This document shows positions 1 to 10,200 of a stretch of DNA of 64,000 bases, in pieces. The notes beneath the pieces are model-generated. The model was not told where the DNA came from, did not search any database, and saw nothing but the letters and a program-made list of their open reading frames with translations. Numbering within the stretch: position 1 is the stretch's first letter; each line of letters starts with the position of its first letter. A program made the translations under genes and the position numbers. This stretch comes from a virus, in the IMG/VR virus record IMGVR_UViG_3300043444_000523, positions 40,737 through 104,736 of that record. One strand, given 5' to 3'.

Positions 1-190
1 TTGAGCCAGCTGCCGCCAGTGTTCCACGCGACAGACCCCACATGCTGCTTGCAGGCATCATGTGATTGCCAGACGAGTCCAGCACAACCGCTTTGCTGGC
101 AACGCCAGTACCGGCTGTAGCGCCGTCCAAGACCGCTTCTTCAGTGGTCGTCAGCGTACCGGCAGAATTAACAGGACGGCCATAGCCCAT
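1..190 (-). CDS. Virion structural protein, 5' part (runs off the window edge)
   Basis: Not in the ORF track. ATG at 190 with AGGAG RBS; reads MGYGRPVNSAGTLTTTEEAVLDGATAGTGVASKAVVLDSSGN..., open to base 1; lies downstream of the head genes. Confidence 0.6.
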   Translation of the reverse strand, partial: MGYGRPVNSAGTLTTTEEAVLDGATAGTGVASKAVVLDSSGNHMMPASSMWGLSRGTLAAAGS

Positions 191-205
191 GATCCAACTC
201 CTCAA

Positions 206-228
206 AATAGGCGCGAGTCGCGCCTATT
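206..228. repeat. 23-bp dispersed palindrome, copy 1 (perfect)
   Basis: AATAGGCGCGA-G-TCGCGCCTATT; overlaps the stop of ORF 227..907. Confidence 0.95.
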
Positions 229-907
229 AACGACCCGTGTAAATTGCTGAGACCTTTTCAAGAACGCCAGCATTCGTGGCATTGCCTGAATGCAAAATCA
301 TCGGCTCGTTCATGCCGTCAAGCGGCCATTCAGTGATCGCAAGACCAGGGATGGTCCCAACAAAACCAGCAACGCCTTCGCCAGCGTCGGAACCAAGGTA
401 AGTCGTGATGCTCGCAGGGAGCGTGTATTGCGGATGGGCCAAGTTGTCGTTCGGATTCGTGTCCGTGATGATCCCGAAGAACCAGAACGGAGCACCCTTC
501 AGAACCGTCGAAGTCGGCACGTTCGTCGTCATCGTGATCGCCAGCGTCGATACGCTGGAAACCGTGTCGAGAACGTAATTGCCATCGGCAGTCTGGTAAA
601 CGCAAAAATCGTTTGCCGCAATCGCGTTGTTCGATGTGTTCACAGTGCCAATCGCACTGTAAGCGCCAGGGTCTCGCTCAATGTTGATAACGGCTTGAGA
701 AGTCGCAGCCGCAGCAGATGCGAACGTCTTTCCTAATGGCCTCATCACTGTAAGAGTGTGAGCTGTTGCGCCAGCTGTGTACCAAACGCTCGTCAAACGA
801 GTGAAACTCTTTTCACGAGGCGGCACAAGCCGAGTAATCACCGTGCCTGCGGTTTGGGTCAGTTTCCCATGCCCAAAAACGCCATGTCCTGGAATCGAAA
901 TCATCAC
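227..907 (-). CDS. Putative virion structural protein
   Basis: 226-aa Thr/Ala-rich ORF with AAGGAG RBS, in the head operon after the scaffold. Confidence 0.6.
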   Translation of the reverse strand: MMISIPGHGVFGHGKLTQTAGTVITRLVPPREKSFTRLTSVWYTAGATAHTLTVMRPLGKTFASAAAATSQAVINIERDPGAYSAIGTVNTSNNAIAANDFCVYQTADGNYVLDTVSSVSTLAITMTTNVPTSTVLKGAPFWFFGIITDTNPNDNLAHPQYTLPASITTYLGSDAGEGVAGFVGTIPGLAITEWPLDGMNEPMILHSGNATNAGVLEKVSAIYTGR

Positions 908-960
908 TTCTCCTTAGCTGCGTCTGGTGTCGGACAAGCCGATCATGCCGAGCGCACGGG

Positions 961-1899
961 CTAATTGTTGACGACCACTTCGCCTGTCATCGCGTATTGC
1001 TTGCACTGTTCCCAAGTCGCCTTGGGGTTTTTCTTCATGTAATCGCGGGCTTTGTCCAAAGAGTCCTTGCCGAATGCTTCGCCCTTGCCGCTGTTGACCT
1101 TCTGGTCAGTGATCTGGAGGAAGTCGCCAATCGGCGCGCCCTTGGCCGCGTACTGGACTGCTTCGTCTTTTTCCCAGTAGGCAAGAATCTGAGCTGCTTC
1201 TGCTTTGCGAGAGACCTCGTTCATGCCAAGCAACTTCTTCTTGATTTCGGCTTTCTTCTTTGGATCGCCGAGTGCTTTGACACCAGCATATTCAAGCTGG
1301 TAGATGAGGTTGTCCGTGTCTTTTTCAGCGGCCTTGAGAGTCAGCTTGGCCAACTCCGCGTCTTTCTTCGTGCGGTCGCTCTTGAGGCTGGCAATCTCTT
1401 GCCGAAGCCCACCAATCGCGTTGGCAACCTGCTCAAAGGCCTCAGCATAAGTGATGACCTGATCGCTGTTTTGCATCGCAAGAGCCTCTTCGGGTTTCTG
1501 TTCACCTTCCGGCAGCGGGACTTCTTCAGCACCGCCGCTCATTGCTTCCTGAGTGGCCGCTTCTTCAGCCGCCTGTGGATCAACAGGCTGCTCTTCTTGA
1601 CCGCCTTGGTCAGCCATCATGTGTTCGTAGAGTTGTGCCAGACCGTACAGAGTCGGATTGGTCTGGAGTGCGTATTCAAAGTTGGCCAGCCATTCCGCAT
1701 GACCAGGAGGTTCTTGCGGACCTTGCTCAGCACCCATGTCCATCTCGGCATCGGGAGTAGCAGCCTCGCCGCCGCTCTCTTCCTCGCCTTCGTAGGATTC
1801 GGATTCGTGGCCTTCACGCTCTTCGCGGTCTTTTTTCTCTTGCTCTTCGTCTCTCTCGTCAGCCATGATGGCCCCTTTGGAGACCTTGTTATCGGCCAA
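961..1899 (-). CDS. Putative head scaffolding protein
   Basis: Acidic N-terminus, central coiled coil, short C-terminal helical element; directly follows the protease gene; true start may be ~1866. Confidence 0.55.
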   Translation of the reverse strand: MADNKVSKGAIMADERDEEQEKKDREEREGHESESYEGEEESGGEAATPDAEMDMGAEQGPQEPPGHAEWLANFEYALQTNPTLYGLAQLYEHMMADQGGQEEQPVDPQAAEEAATQEAMSGGAEEVPLPEGEQKPEEALAMQNSDQVITYAEAFEQVANAIGGLRQEIASLKSDRTKKDAELAKLTLKAAEKDTDNLIYQLEYAGVKALGDPKKKAEIKKKLLGMNEVSRKAEAAQILAYWEKDEAVQYAAKGAPIGDFLQITDQKVNSGKGEAFGKDSLDKARDYMKKNPKATWEQCKQYAMTGEVVVNN

Positions 1900-2107
1900 A
1901 CTTCTTTGCGAATGATTTCGCTTTGGCAGCGATTCGCGCCGTCTGATAACTGATAGGCGCAGACTGGCTCATGCCATCAAGACAGGTAGATGGGATCGAG
2001 TCAGATTGAAACGCTTGATAATCAGGCGGAACCATCTTTGCCACAGGAAGAGGAGGAGCCATCTTGGCAACAGGCGGCTTTTCAGCCGGAAGAACATCAA
2101 GAACTCG

Positions 2108-5100
2108 CTATTGCCGTTGCGGCTTGAATCCATTAGCCGGACTTGACTGCTTCCCTGATTGAGCAGCAACATTCGGCTTATCGCCAAGAGAATTCCGAAT
2201 CGCCTTCCTTGCGCCAGCAGCAACAAGAGCGACCAAAATTGACTTTGTTAGAGCCCTTCTCTGTGTTCCAGGATCGCCAAGCAACAAGTTTCCGAACTTC
2301 TTCAACGGCGAGTCTTTGCCAAAGTTGATTAACTTCTTTTGGTCTGGATGAGCCCGCTGAATAAACGAAGGCGGGATGTAATCCCCTTCGCCAAACTTCT
2401 GCCCCTCAAGCGTGATGCCGCCCTTCGGAGCACGCGGCCCCTTGGCCATGCTCTTCGGCATGTCCTGCGGAATCCGCATCAGCAACTTCCGGTTCAACTC
2501 GTGCAATTCTTCAGGCGTTGCATTCGAGATGAAGTCGCCGACATGGCCAGAGAGAGTCTCATGCAAGTGCTGCTGCAACTCTTTCTGAACTTCAGGAGGA
2601 GCATCGGCAATGAAGTCACTCACAGTTTGCTTGAGTTCAGGATCGAGTCGCTTTGGGACCGATGGCGATACTCCAAAAGCCTTACCAAGTCGCTTTTTGA
2701 CACTCTCAGACATCTTCTGCCTAATTGCGCCGCCCATCGTCTTTGGCTGAGTTGGGATCGGCTTGCGACCGTCGCCCTCTTGGGCCTTCTTGAGTTTGGC
2801 CTTCTCTTCAGGAGTCGCCGACTCCAGAACTTCGGACGGAATGAATTGACCGCCGATGTACTTCTTGCCTTGAAGAGTCACACCACCAACCGGAGCGCGT
2901 TCGGCTGCGTAGGGAACCGGCCGTGTCTTTGATTGATCGGTAACTGCACCAAGTCCTGCACCGCCAGCAGCACCCATCGTCCCGCCAATGGTAGCACCAG
3001 CAAGTGAGCCAACTGGACCAAGGATGCTCCCACCCACAGCGCCAGCAGCAGCACCGCCAGCACCTCCCATTAACCCACCTTTGGCAAGTCCTTTGAAGAA
3101 GTAAGGGACTGGAGACTTCTTCCCCTTGTTCTCAACCGGCGTGTCCTTCACACCAGCCGCCTTCAGTCCCTTCTCTGCGACCCAACCGACTGGGCCAGCC
3201 ACTTTGCCGCCCATCTTTGAGCCGAGTTTCTCACCGAGGAATCCGCCTGCAATTCCGCCGACTGTAGAAGTGATCGGGGCCGCTGGTCCTCCGAGCATAC
3301 CCAAGGTAGCACCAGCTGCGCCACCGCCGATTGCGCCAACAACTCCGCCAGCGTTGTTGTTCATCTTGGGCTTCGGGACTTCGTACCGGACTGGATTCTT
3401 CTTCCCGGCAGATACAACCGCGCCTTTCATCTTTGGCATGGATTTCACGTTCCTTAGCCACGGAGGATCAGCGTTCCCTGAATCACCTTGGGCAACAGCT
3501 GCAGCAGCCGGAGTCGCAGCCGGTGCAACATCCTTCGGCTTCCTCACATACTTCCTCTTCGGTTTCGGACTGTCCTGAACAGCAGTTGCAGCCGGAGCCT
3601 GTGCCGGATCGGCAACAACCGCTTTCCCAGGTGTTGCATTGGCGTTGATTGAACCAAGCAAATCGTCTCCGTCCGTGCCAGCTGCTTTCGGAGGAGGAGC
3701 ACTTCTTCGTCCAGCGCCTGGGGGCGTTGTCTTTGGAGTCGGCTTATTTGCCGTAGGCGGATTGCCTTTGCCAGCAACTGGAACATCGCCGTAAAGGCCA
3801 GCCAAAATGTCTTTGCCAAGCATCTCTGTCGCAGGTTGTCCAGTATTCCCGCCGTTCATCGGACCAGGGAAACCTCCCTGTGTTCCTGTCGGCGGAGTAG
3901 AAGGCTGACCGGCCAATCGCGCTGGGAATCCAGGCTGAACTCCTCCAGTGTCAGCTGGCAATGCTTCCATTCCAAGCCTTGACGGGAACCCTGGCTGTGC
4001 GCCATTGCTCGCTGCTGGAGTCGGCTTAACTGCCCCAGGAATTACCTTGTTCCTTTCAATCCTCTTTGCCCTATCTTGTGCCCGCTGAGCCACAGATTGC
4101 CTTGCTTGAGAACCCATACCCAACATTGCGCCGCCGCCAATTCCGGTTACACTACCGGCAATAGCGCCTTGTTTGATTGCCGTTCCAAGCCTTGATCGAT
4201 ACTCTTCGTCGGTCTCTCCAGGCTGTTGCCCATCAGCCATAATTCCGCTGCTGATACCAGTCAGCGCAGCACCGCTCAGTCCGCCAAGTGCCGATTGCTT
4301 CAGCACTTCGCTGGTTCGTGGGCTTTCACGCCGGAATTTCTGAACTGCACGAGACATCCTCTGGCCAAGTGATCTGTTGACCGGCGCATACTCTGTCGCC
4401 TGATTCTGAGTCGGTCCCATAGCTTTCCCGATCTGGTCTGCGGCCACCATAGAGCCGACTTGAGCGGCCCCTTGTTGGACAGCCGGATTACGAACTGCCT
4501 TGCCAGCACCTTTCGCAATCGCACCGCCTGCCTTGGCCAACGCTGCGCCGAAGCTGTACTGCTCGGCATCTTTGGTTTTCCCAAGTGCAACGTCGAACTT
4601 GCCATACTGCACCGGCTTCGCTTGCCCCATGCACATCGACTTCTGATCCGGCGTCATGGACCGAGCAAACGACGGCGGGATATGATGGCCAGCCTTAAAG
4701 TGATGGCCACCAATCTCGATGCCGCCTTTCGGGGCACGAAGAGAAGAGGCGTCGTATTTACCAACGGTCTTTCCTGCACCTGGGAAGAGTTCAGCGTTGA
4801 CTTTTTTCATAAACTCGGCCCCCTCTTTCCCTGTGACAATTCTCGTTCCAACAGGCTTCGAAGGGCGAATCATAAACCGTTCTCTTGGGGTCAGACCAGC
4901 AGTAGTGCCAATTGCCATCCCCCTACTAATCAAGGCAGGCACTTGCTCTTTGCTGAAATTGAGTTTCTTGGTCAGACTCTTGATGAGTTCTTGATCGCCC
5001 TTCTCTGGGTCGATTTTCGTCAATTGATGCGTGATTCTGTCGGCCCGTTCCTTGTTTTTCGACGCCCTATCAAACGCAATCTTGGCCAATGTGATCCTTC

Positions 5101-6529
5101 GGTCTGCCGCCATCCCCTTCATCACGCCAGCGTATTCCTTCGGCCCTGCCGGACTCACTGGCGCACCGAAAGACATGCCAGCGTAATTCGCCGGTTGGCC
5201 AGATACTATCGAGTCTGCAATCGCGTCGATGTTATTGCCGCCTGTATACTTCGCTGGCTTGCCTTTGCACGAACTCGTCAATGGCCGATTCTTGGCCGGA
5301 TCAAATCCAGACACCTCCTTGGTCATTCGGTCAATCTCTGCCTGACGAGCAGCGTTCTTCTGCTTTTGCATCGCTGCCGGATCAGCAGTTGGCTTGGCCG
5401 CAACAGACGTGCCCTTGGATGATTGCAAATCACGCGGCAACGGCTCTTTGAAACTCAAGAAGCCGCGCTGCGGAACGCCAACAGTCGCACCGGCGTACTT
5501 CGTCGGCTTCGTCTTGCCTGCAAACTGCCTTACTTTGGTTTCTTGGTTGTTCGGCAACATCGCCCGACGCGCCATGATGGCGTCGTTCTTCTGCTGCTTC
5601 ATCGCCCCACGAACCGCCGCTGCCGGAACTCCTGCTGCCTGAGCAAGAGTCGTCTTCCCAGCCGCTTGTGCAACCGCATCTGCCTTGGACGGAATCGCCG
5701 AGGCTCTTGTATTGGCCAACTTCTGTGCCGCTTCACCAACCGGAGTCTGCCTGAACTGACCTGCGGCCTCGTGCGCTGCACCGGCCAAGATGCGAACCGG
5801 GTTCTGTTTCAACGCTTGCCCGGTTCGCTTCAGCCGCTCCAGTTTGGCTTGTGCTTTTAGGCCAGGGGATACGTATTGTTGCGCCTCGTACATCGCCACA
5901 TAGTTCGGCGGGATCGGCTGGCCGGATTTGAACCTGTATCCGCCGATTTGGATGCCGCCTTGGGGGGCAACGCATCGTTTGCCGACAGTTTTCTTCTCCA
6001 TGGCGCGAACGATGCTCGAATACGGCATCGAATTGGCCTGATACGACACGATGCCCATCGGCAGGAACGGGTCGCGCTTCAAAAGCGCAACGCCAGTGAC
6101 CTTGTTCGAGTTCGGATAGAAGTCAACACTGCGGAACGGGTATTTTTTCGTGTCTTCCCAGTGTTCTTTGTCGTAGTACAACGTGGCCAAGACTGCCGGA
6201 GTACCCTTTGGCCCGAATGTGCCAACTTTCGCATTGCGAGCAACGCCAACAATGTCAGGCTGGAGCTTTTCAGGGTACGAAGGGTCGCTTTGTTGCCGAT
6301 GGCCGATGGTCATGATCGGCGGAACGCCGTATTCGGCCTCTCGCACATTGATCTGGTCCGCAATGAGCGGCAAATCCTGCGCAGTGACCACTATGTCAAC
6401 TTCTTCCCCGTTTGGCCCTCGCGTTTTCCGCGTGTGCGGCACGAAGATCGGCACATTCTCCACTCGAATGTACCGATTCGGGTCATTGATCTTGGCCAGG
6501 AAGTCGAGAGTTGGGTCGTTGGTTGCCAT
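2108..6529 (-). CDS. Giant prohead protease polyprotein (Mu gpI-like N-terminal protease plus ~1300-aa cargo)
   Basis: First ~165 aa carry IMTIGH...VGVARN...YPFRSVDFY...VTGVALL, the His/Ser pattern of Mu-gpI-like maturation proteases; sits between portal and scaffold; remainder is low-complexity with Gly zippers and repeated modules. ATG at 6529 preferred over TTG at 6550. Confidence 0.7.
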   Translation of the reverse strand: MATNDPTLDFLAKINDPNRYIRVENVPIFVPHTRKTRGPNGEEVDIVVTAQDLPLIADQINVREAEYGVPPIMTIGHRQQSDPSYPEKLQPDIVGVARNAKVGTFGPKGTPAVLATLYYDKEHWEDTKKYPFRSVDFYPNSNKVTGVALLKRDPFLPMGIVSYQANSMPYSSIVRAMEKKTVGKRCVAPQGGIQIGGYRFKSGQPIPPNYVAMYEAQQYVSPGLKAQAKLERLKRTGQALKQNPVRILAGAAHEAAGQFRQTPVGEAAQKLANTRASAIPSKADAVAQAAGKTTLAQAAGVPAAAVRGAMKQQKNDAIMARRAMLPNNQETKVRQFAGKTKPTKYAGATVGVPQRGFLSFKEPLPRDLQSSKGTSVAAKPTADPAAMQKQKNAARQAEIDRMTKEVSGFDPAKNRPLTSSCKGKPAKYTGGNNIDAIADSIVSGQPANYAGMSFGAPVSPAGPKEYAGVMKGMAADRRITLAKIAFDRASKNKERADRITHQLTKIDPEKGDQELIKSLTKKLNFSKEQVPALISRGMAIGTTAGLTPRERFMIRPSKPVGTRIVTGKEGAEFMKKVNAELFPGAGKTVGKYDASSLRAPKGGIEIGGHHFKAGHHIPPSFARSMTPDQKSMCMGQAKPVQYGKFDVALGKTKDAEQYSFGAALAKAGGAIAKGAGKAVRNPAVQQGAAQVGSMVAADQIGKAMGPTQNQATEYAPVNRSLGQRMSRAVQKFRRESPRTSEVLKQSALGGLSGAALTGISSGIMADGQQPGETDEEYRSRLGTAIKQGAIAGSVTGIGGGAMLGMGSQARQSVAQRAQDRAKRIERNKVIPGAVKPTPAASNGAQPGFPSRLGMEALPADTGGVQPGFPARLAGQPSTPPTGTQGGFPGPMNGGNTGQPATEMLGKDILAGLYGDVPVAGKGNPPTANKPTPKTTPPGAGRRSAPPPKAAGTDGDDLLGSINANATPGKAVVADPAQAPAATAVQDSPKPKRKYVRKPKDVAPAATPAAAAVAQGDSGNADPPWLRNVKSMPKMKGAVVSAGKKNPVRYEVPKPKMNNNAGGVVGAIGGGAAGATLGMLGGPAAPITSTVGGIAGGFLGEKLGSKMGGKVAGPVGWVAEKGLKAAGVKDTPVENKGKKSPVPYFFKGLAKGGLMGGAGGAAAGAVGGSILGPVGSLAGATIGGTMGAAGGAGLGAVTDQSKTRPVPYAAERAPVGGVTLQGKKYIGGQFIPSEVLESATPEEKAKLKKAQEGDGRKPIPTQPKTMGGAIRQKMSESVKKRLGKAFGVSPSVPKRLDPELKQTVSDFIADAPPEVQKELQQHLHETLSGHVGDFISNATPEELHELNRKLLMRIPQDMPKSMAKGPRAPKGGITLEGQKFGEGDYIPPSFIQRAHPDQKKLINFGKDSPLKKFGNLLLGDPGTQRRALTKSILVALVAAGARKAIRNSLGDKPNVAAQSGKQSSPANGFKPQRQ

Positions 6530-6577
6530 ATCCTTTATAGGGGGATGCAATATGGCAACCGAACGACGGATGATGTG

Positions 6578-7282
6578 CTATTTAAGAGGTTTGGCCCCTT
6601 CGATGTCGTCGATATGTCCGCCCGGCAGCTTTTTACCAGCGTATCCAACTGGCTTTGTCTCTTCTTCGTCAGGCAGCGAATCCATCACATATGCCGGTAG
6701 CTCTACAATGTCGTGATTGCGAGCCTTCCTGATCCGATGCCGACCATCAATGATCTTTGTGACGCCATCCTTGTGCCAAATGAGAAGAGGATGCGACAAA
6801 TCGCATTCTTCTGCCCTCTCCACAAACGCCGGTGAACGGTCATGTTCGTCCGATTCCGAGTCCTGCATGAGTTTTGACAACTCATCGACTGGCACAAACA
6901 TCAACTTGGCCGACTCTTTCGCAAATTCGGCCAATTCGGGGATTCGATACTCCTTGCCACCCTCTTCTAACGACCACGTTTGGCCCCAGAACGGCTCTTT
7001 CTTGCCAACCACCGTGACCGCGTGCTCTTCAGAAGGATCGTCTTCAGTCGGCCTCTTGTGCTCCTCGACAATCAATGCCCCATCATCGCCGATATAAACG
7101 ACCGGATTTTCGTCGTCTTGATTTTCTACAGGCGCATCTTCTTGTGTGGACTCATCTTGTGGACTAATCGGCGCAATTTGCGCCGATTCTTCTGGGTTGT
7201 ATTCGTCGTCTTCGATAAGCAAATCCAATACAAATCCATTTGCATGAATGTGCCCTGAGAAAATCTCTTCCAGTTCAGGCAT
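6578..7282 (-). CDS. ParB/Sulfiredoxin N-terminal-like domain protein
   Basis: PLLIW...IIDGRHRIRKA motif; acidic N-terminus; no HTH evident. Confidence 0.7.
   Translation of the reverse strand: MPELEEIFSGHIHANGFVLDLLIEDDEYNPEESAQIAPISPQDESTQEDAPVENQDDENPVVYIGDDGALIVEEHKRPTEDDPSEEHAVTVVGKKEPFWGQTWSLEEGGKEYRIPELAEFAKESAKLMFVPVDELSKLMQDSESDEHDRSPAFVERAEECDLSHPLLIWHKDGVTKIIDGRHRIRKARNHDIVELPAYVMDSLPDEEETKPVGYAGKKLPGGHIDDIEGAKPLK
7166..7188. repeat. 23-bp palindrome, copy 2 (perfect, in CDS; encodes SAQIAPI)
   Basis: AATCGGCGCAA-T-TTGCGCCGATT. Confidence 0.95.
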
Positions 7283-7283
7283 G

Positions 7284-10200
7284 TTACACCAGATTGTTCT
7301 TTTTCAACACAGCCCAGCACTTCGGGAATTTTGCTTTGGCTACATTTGGCTTGGTTATGGCAAGACGAACATACTCTGCCCACCCCTCGTGAGCATTAGA
7401 CATTGCATATGAACTTAGCGGAGCTTTTTTCTCGTCTTCGTGCAGGATTTCAATAACCCATGCTTTTTTCCAATCAAAATCACTGCTGTAGGACAAATCG
7501 CCCAATTTGCCGTCAATAATATGGCCAATCTCATGGGCATAAACGCTGGACATTCTTGTGTCCGCAAGTTTCCCTTCGTGTTTTATACTCGGCGCGCCGT
7601 CAAGAAACATGCCGCCAGAACCAACCTCGACGGCTCCTCCAACTCTACCGTCATTATCCGTCGCTGTGGATTTTGATATATCTTCAGAAAGCCTCTTTGA
7701 TGTTGGATAGAACTTCACATGCCGAAGGTTCTTCAAAAGCGAGCCTTTCATCTTTGGATTCATACTGGAAATCGTCTTAACAATTCCAGACTTGAACTCG
7801 CTCTTGAGGCCATTCGGAATATCCTTGTCTTTGTCTATTGATGAATGAATCGCTGACACAAGATCATTGCTGTTCTTTGGATTGGCGGAAATGATATTCC
7901 CTTTTATCCACCTGTTTGGGTTTTCTGAAACAGGAGGGCGTGCAAATGCCGCAATTACACCGCCTACAGCCGCTGACGCTACCGCAGACTTACCAGCAAC
8001 AACCAGTGCGTGTTCTACAGAATCGCCTAATGCCATATTGCGTACAAATACAAGAGCCCCAGCAGTAGCAGCACTTCCAAAAGCGCCTTTCAAAAAGTTC
8101 ACAGCCCTTGCAGTAACAACGCTGTGCCCGTGAGTCATTCCTGGAACTTTTTCTTTTCTAACAACAGACGATCTTTTCCCAGGCGACAATGCCGCCTTTT
8201 CGCTCGAACTTGCTCTGGCAATCGCTTCTTTGGGTATAAACTCTCCGCCCTTGAAGTGCTCTCCGCCAACTTCGATTCCGCCCTTGGGGGCATGGACAGC
8301 CTCGTATCCAATTGCCTGATTCATAATCGGTGCAATTTGCGCTGATTTCTGGGAGTACGACTCCAGCGCCCTTGCAACAGCCGGTGCTAACGCGGACGCC
8401 TCTGCATTTGCCAGTTCTTCAAGGGCCACTTCGGACACTTGAATGCCACTACGCCGAATGCGGTTCTTGATCTTGTCCCGAATCCATAGCGATACAGCGC
8501 CTTCGCTGTGGCTGTCCGAAGACGGTTTATTGAGCAAATGAACCAACGCATCTCCAGCCACGTTCTTGGCGACATTTTTGATGTGTGCCCTCAAGTCTTC
8601 AGTCGGCTTGGATTCCGGCATTGGCTTTTCGCCGTCGATGCCAGACATGCTGAGCATCAGCGGCGCATACCGCTCTGCCGCTTCAGATGCCTCGCTCACC
8701 AAGTCTTCCTCAGTGGCCTCGATTCCGGCCTCTTTCATGGCCTCTTGCATCTTGCCCTTGAACAACTCGACAAGGTATTCGTGCATCACCGCCGAGGCCG
8801 GAACTTCATCCTGATAACCGACCATCCACTCGTCATCCTGGCTCGTTACTAAGCTGCCGCCCTTCTTTTTCATGAGCACGTCGAATAGCTTCGGGATGAG
8901 CATCACGCCCTTCTTGATGCCCAACACAGCCAAGTCCATCGTGGCCTGTGTCGCTGCCCGAAGAGCGAGTCTCTTCAAAGCATCTTTCTCGTTTGGAACC
9001 CTAGAAGACTTACCTGTCACCGGGTCTATCACGAGTTTTGTTTCATTAGGATCGATGCCAAGAGAGATTGCTGTCTTATCAAACGCTCCCTGTGCCAACG
9101 GGCTCTTGGCGATGTCTCGCCTCAGTTTCTTAGGGTCTCTGATCATCCGTTCCGCGATCTTGCCAGCGTACTTGGCCGTCTCGTGAGCCGCCTTCGGCAC
9201 GCCTCTGAGGCTCTGCTTCTTGTCAAACGCCTTCGACCGATTGCCGGAATACTGGTCGATGATCCGAAGCGCCATCGTGGCCACGGTGTCTTCGCCAGTG
9301 GCTGTAACTTCGCGCTCACGTTGATAAGCCCGACCACGGGCACGGGCATACTCATGCGGCGTTAGGCTACCGAATTCCTTGATCTTGTTCATCACATATG
9401 GCCGAAGTTTGAAGTCCGTCTTCAGCCAACGCTCGGTCTCTTGGATCAAGTCATACTCGTTGCCCATCAGGATCGGCTCATCAGGCTTCGGAGCCCGAAT
9501 CCCAGCCTGTTCCAGCATGTCATCGACAGTGGCCGGTTTGTCTTCTTGTTTTTCAGACCTGTCCATGCCGGTTTGCTGCGTCTCAGGCTTCTTGCCATGA
9601 TCCTGCGGCCTGGAAGCAGGCATCTCCGGCACTTTCTCGCCTGAAATCGCCTTCTGGCCAGCCAATGCCGCCTTCTCCTCCGGCGATGCGCGGGCAATCA
9701 CAGAGCCAGGAATAAACTGGCCACCTTCGTAGTGCTTACCGGAAATGTCAATACCACCCACCGGCGCACGAGTCGCCTTGTACTCAATCGTGAACTCATC
9801 ATCAGACACCGCCAAATACTCGATCACAAGGCCATCGTTGGCCATCGACACCTGCCCACCCTCTTCAGGCGGGGCCGGATCAAGAGGAACACTCGTCCCG
9901 TCAGCCAAACGAATGTAATTCCCGTCTTCCGTCTCGTCTGTGTTCTCTTCGCCCATGATTTCTTCAAGTATCTGATCAACCGTCATATCGCTGGCCTCTT
10001 CGGCCACTTGCTCGTCCCGCTGGACCTGTTGCTCTTGCTGCTCTTGGGCCGCTTGCTCCTGGGCTTGCTGTTCCTGTTGTTCCGCTTGCTGCTGCTCTGC
10101 GGCTTGTTCTTGGCCCTGTTGCTGCACTTGGGCCTCTTGATCTTGCGGCATCTCTTGAGGCTGGCCCTCTGCTGGAACTTGCATCTGTTGTTGCGCAGCT

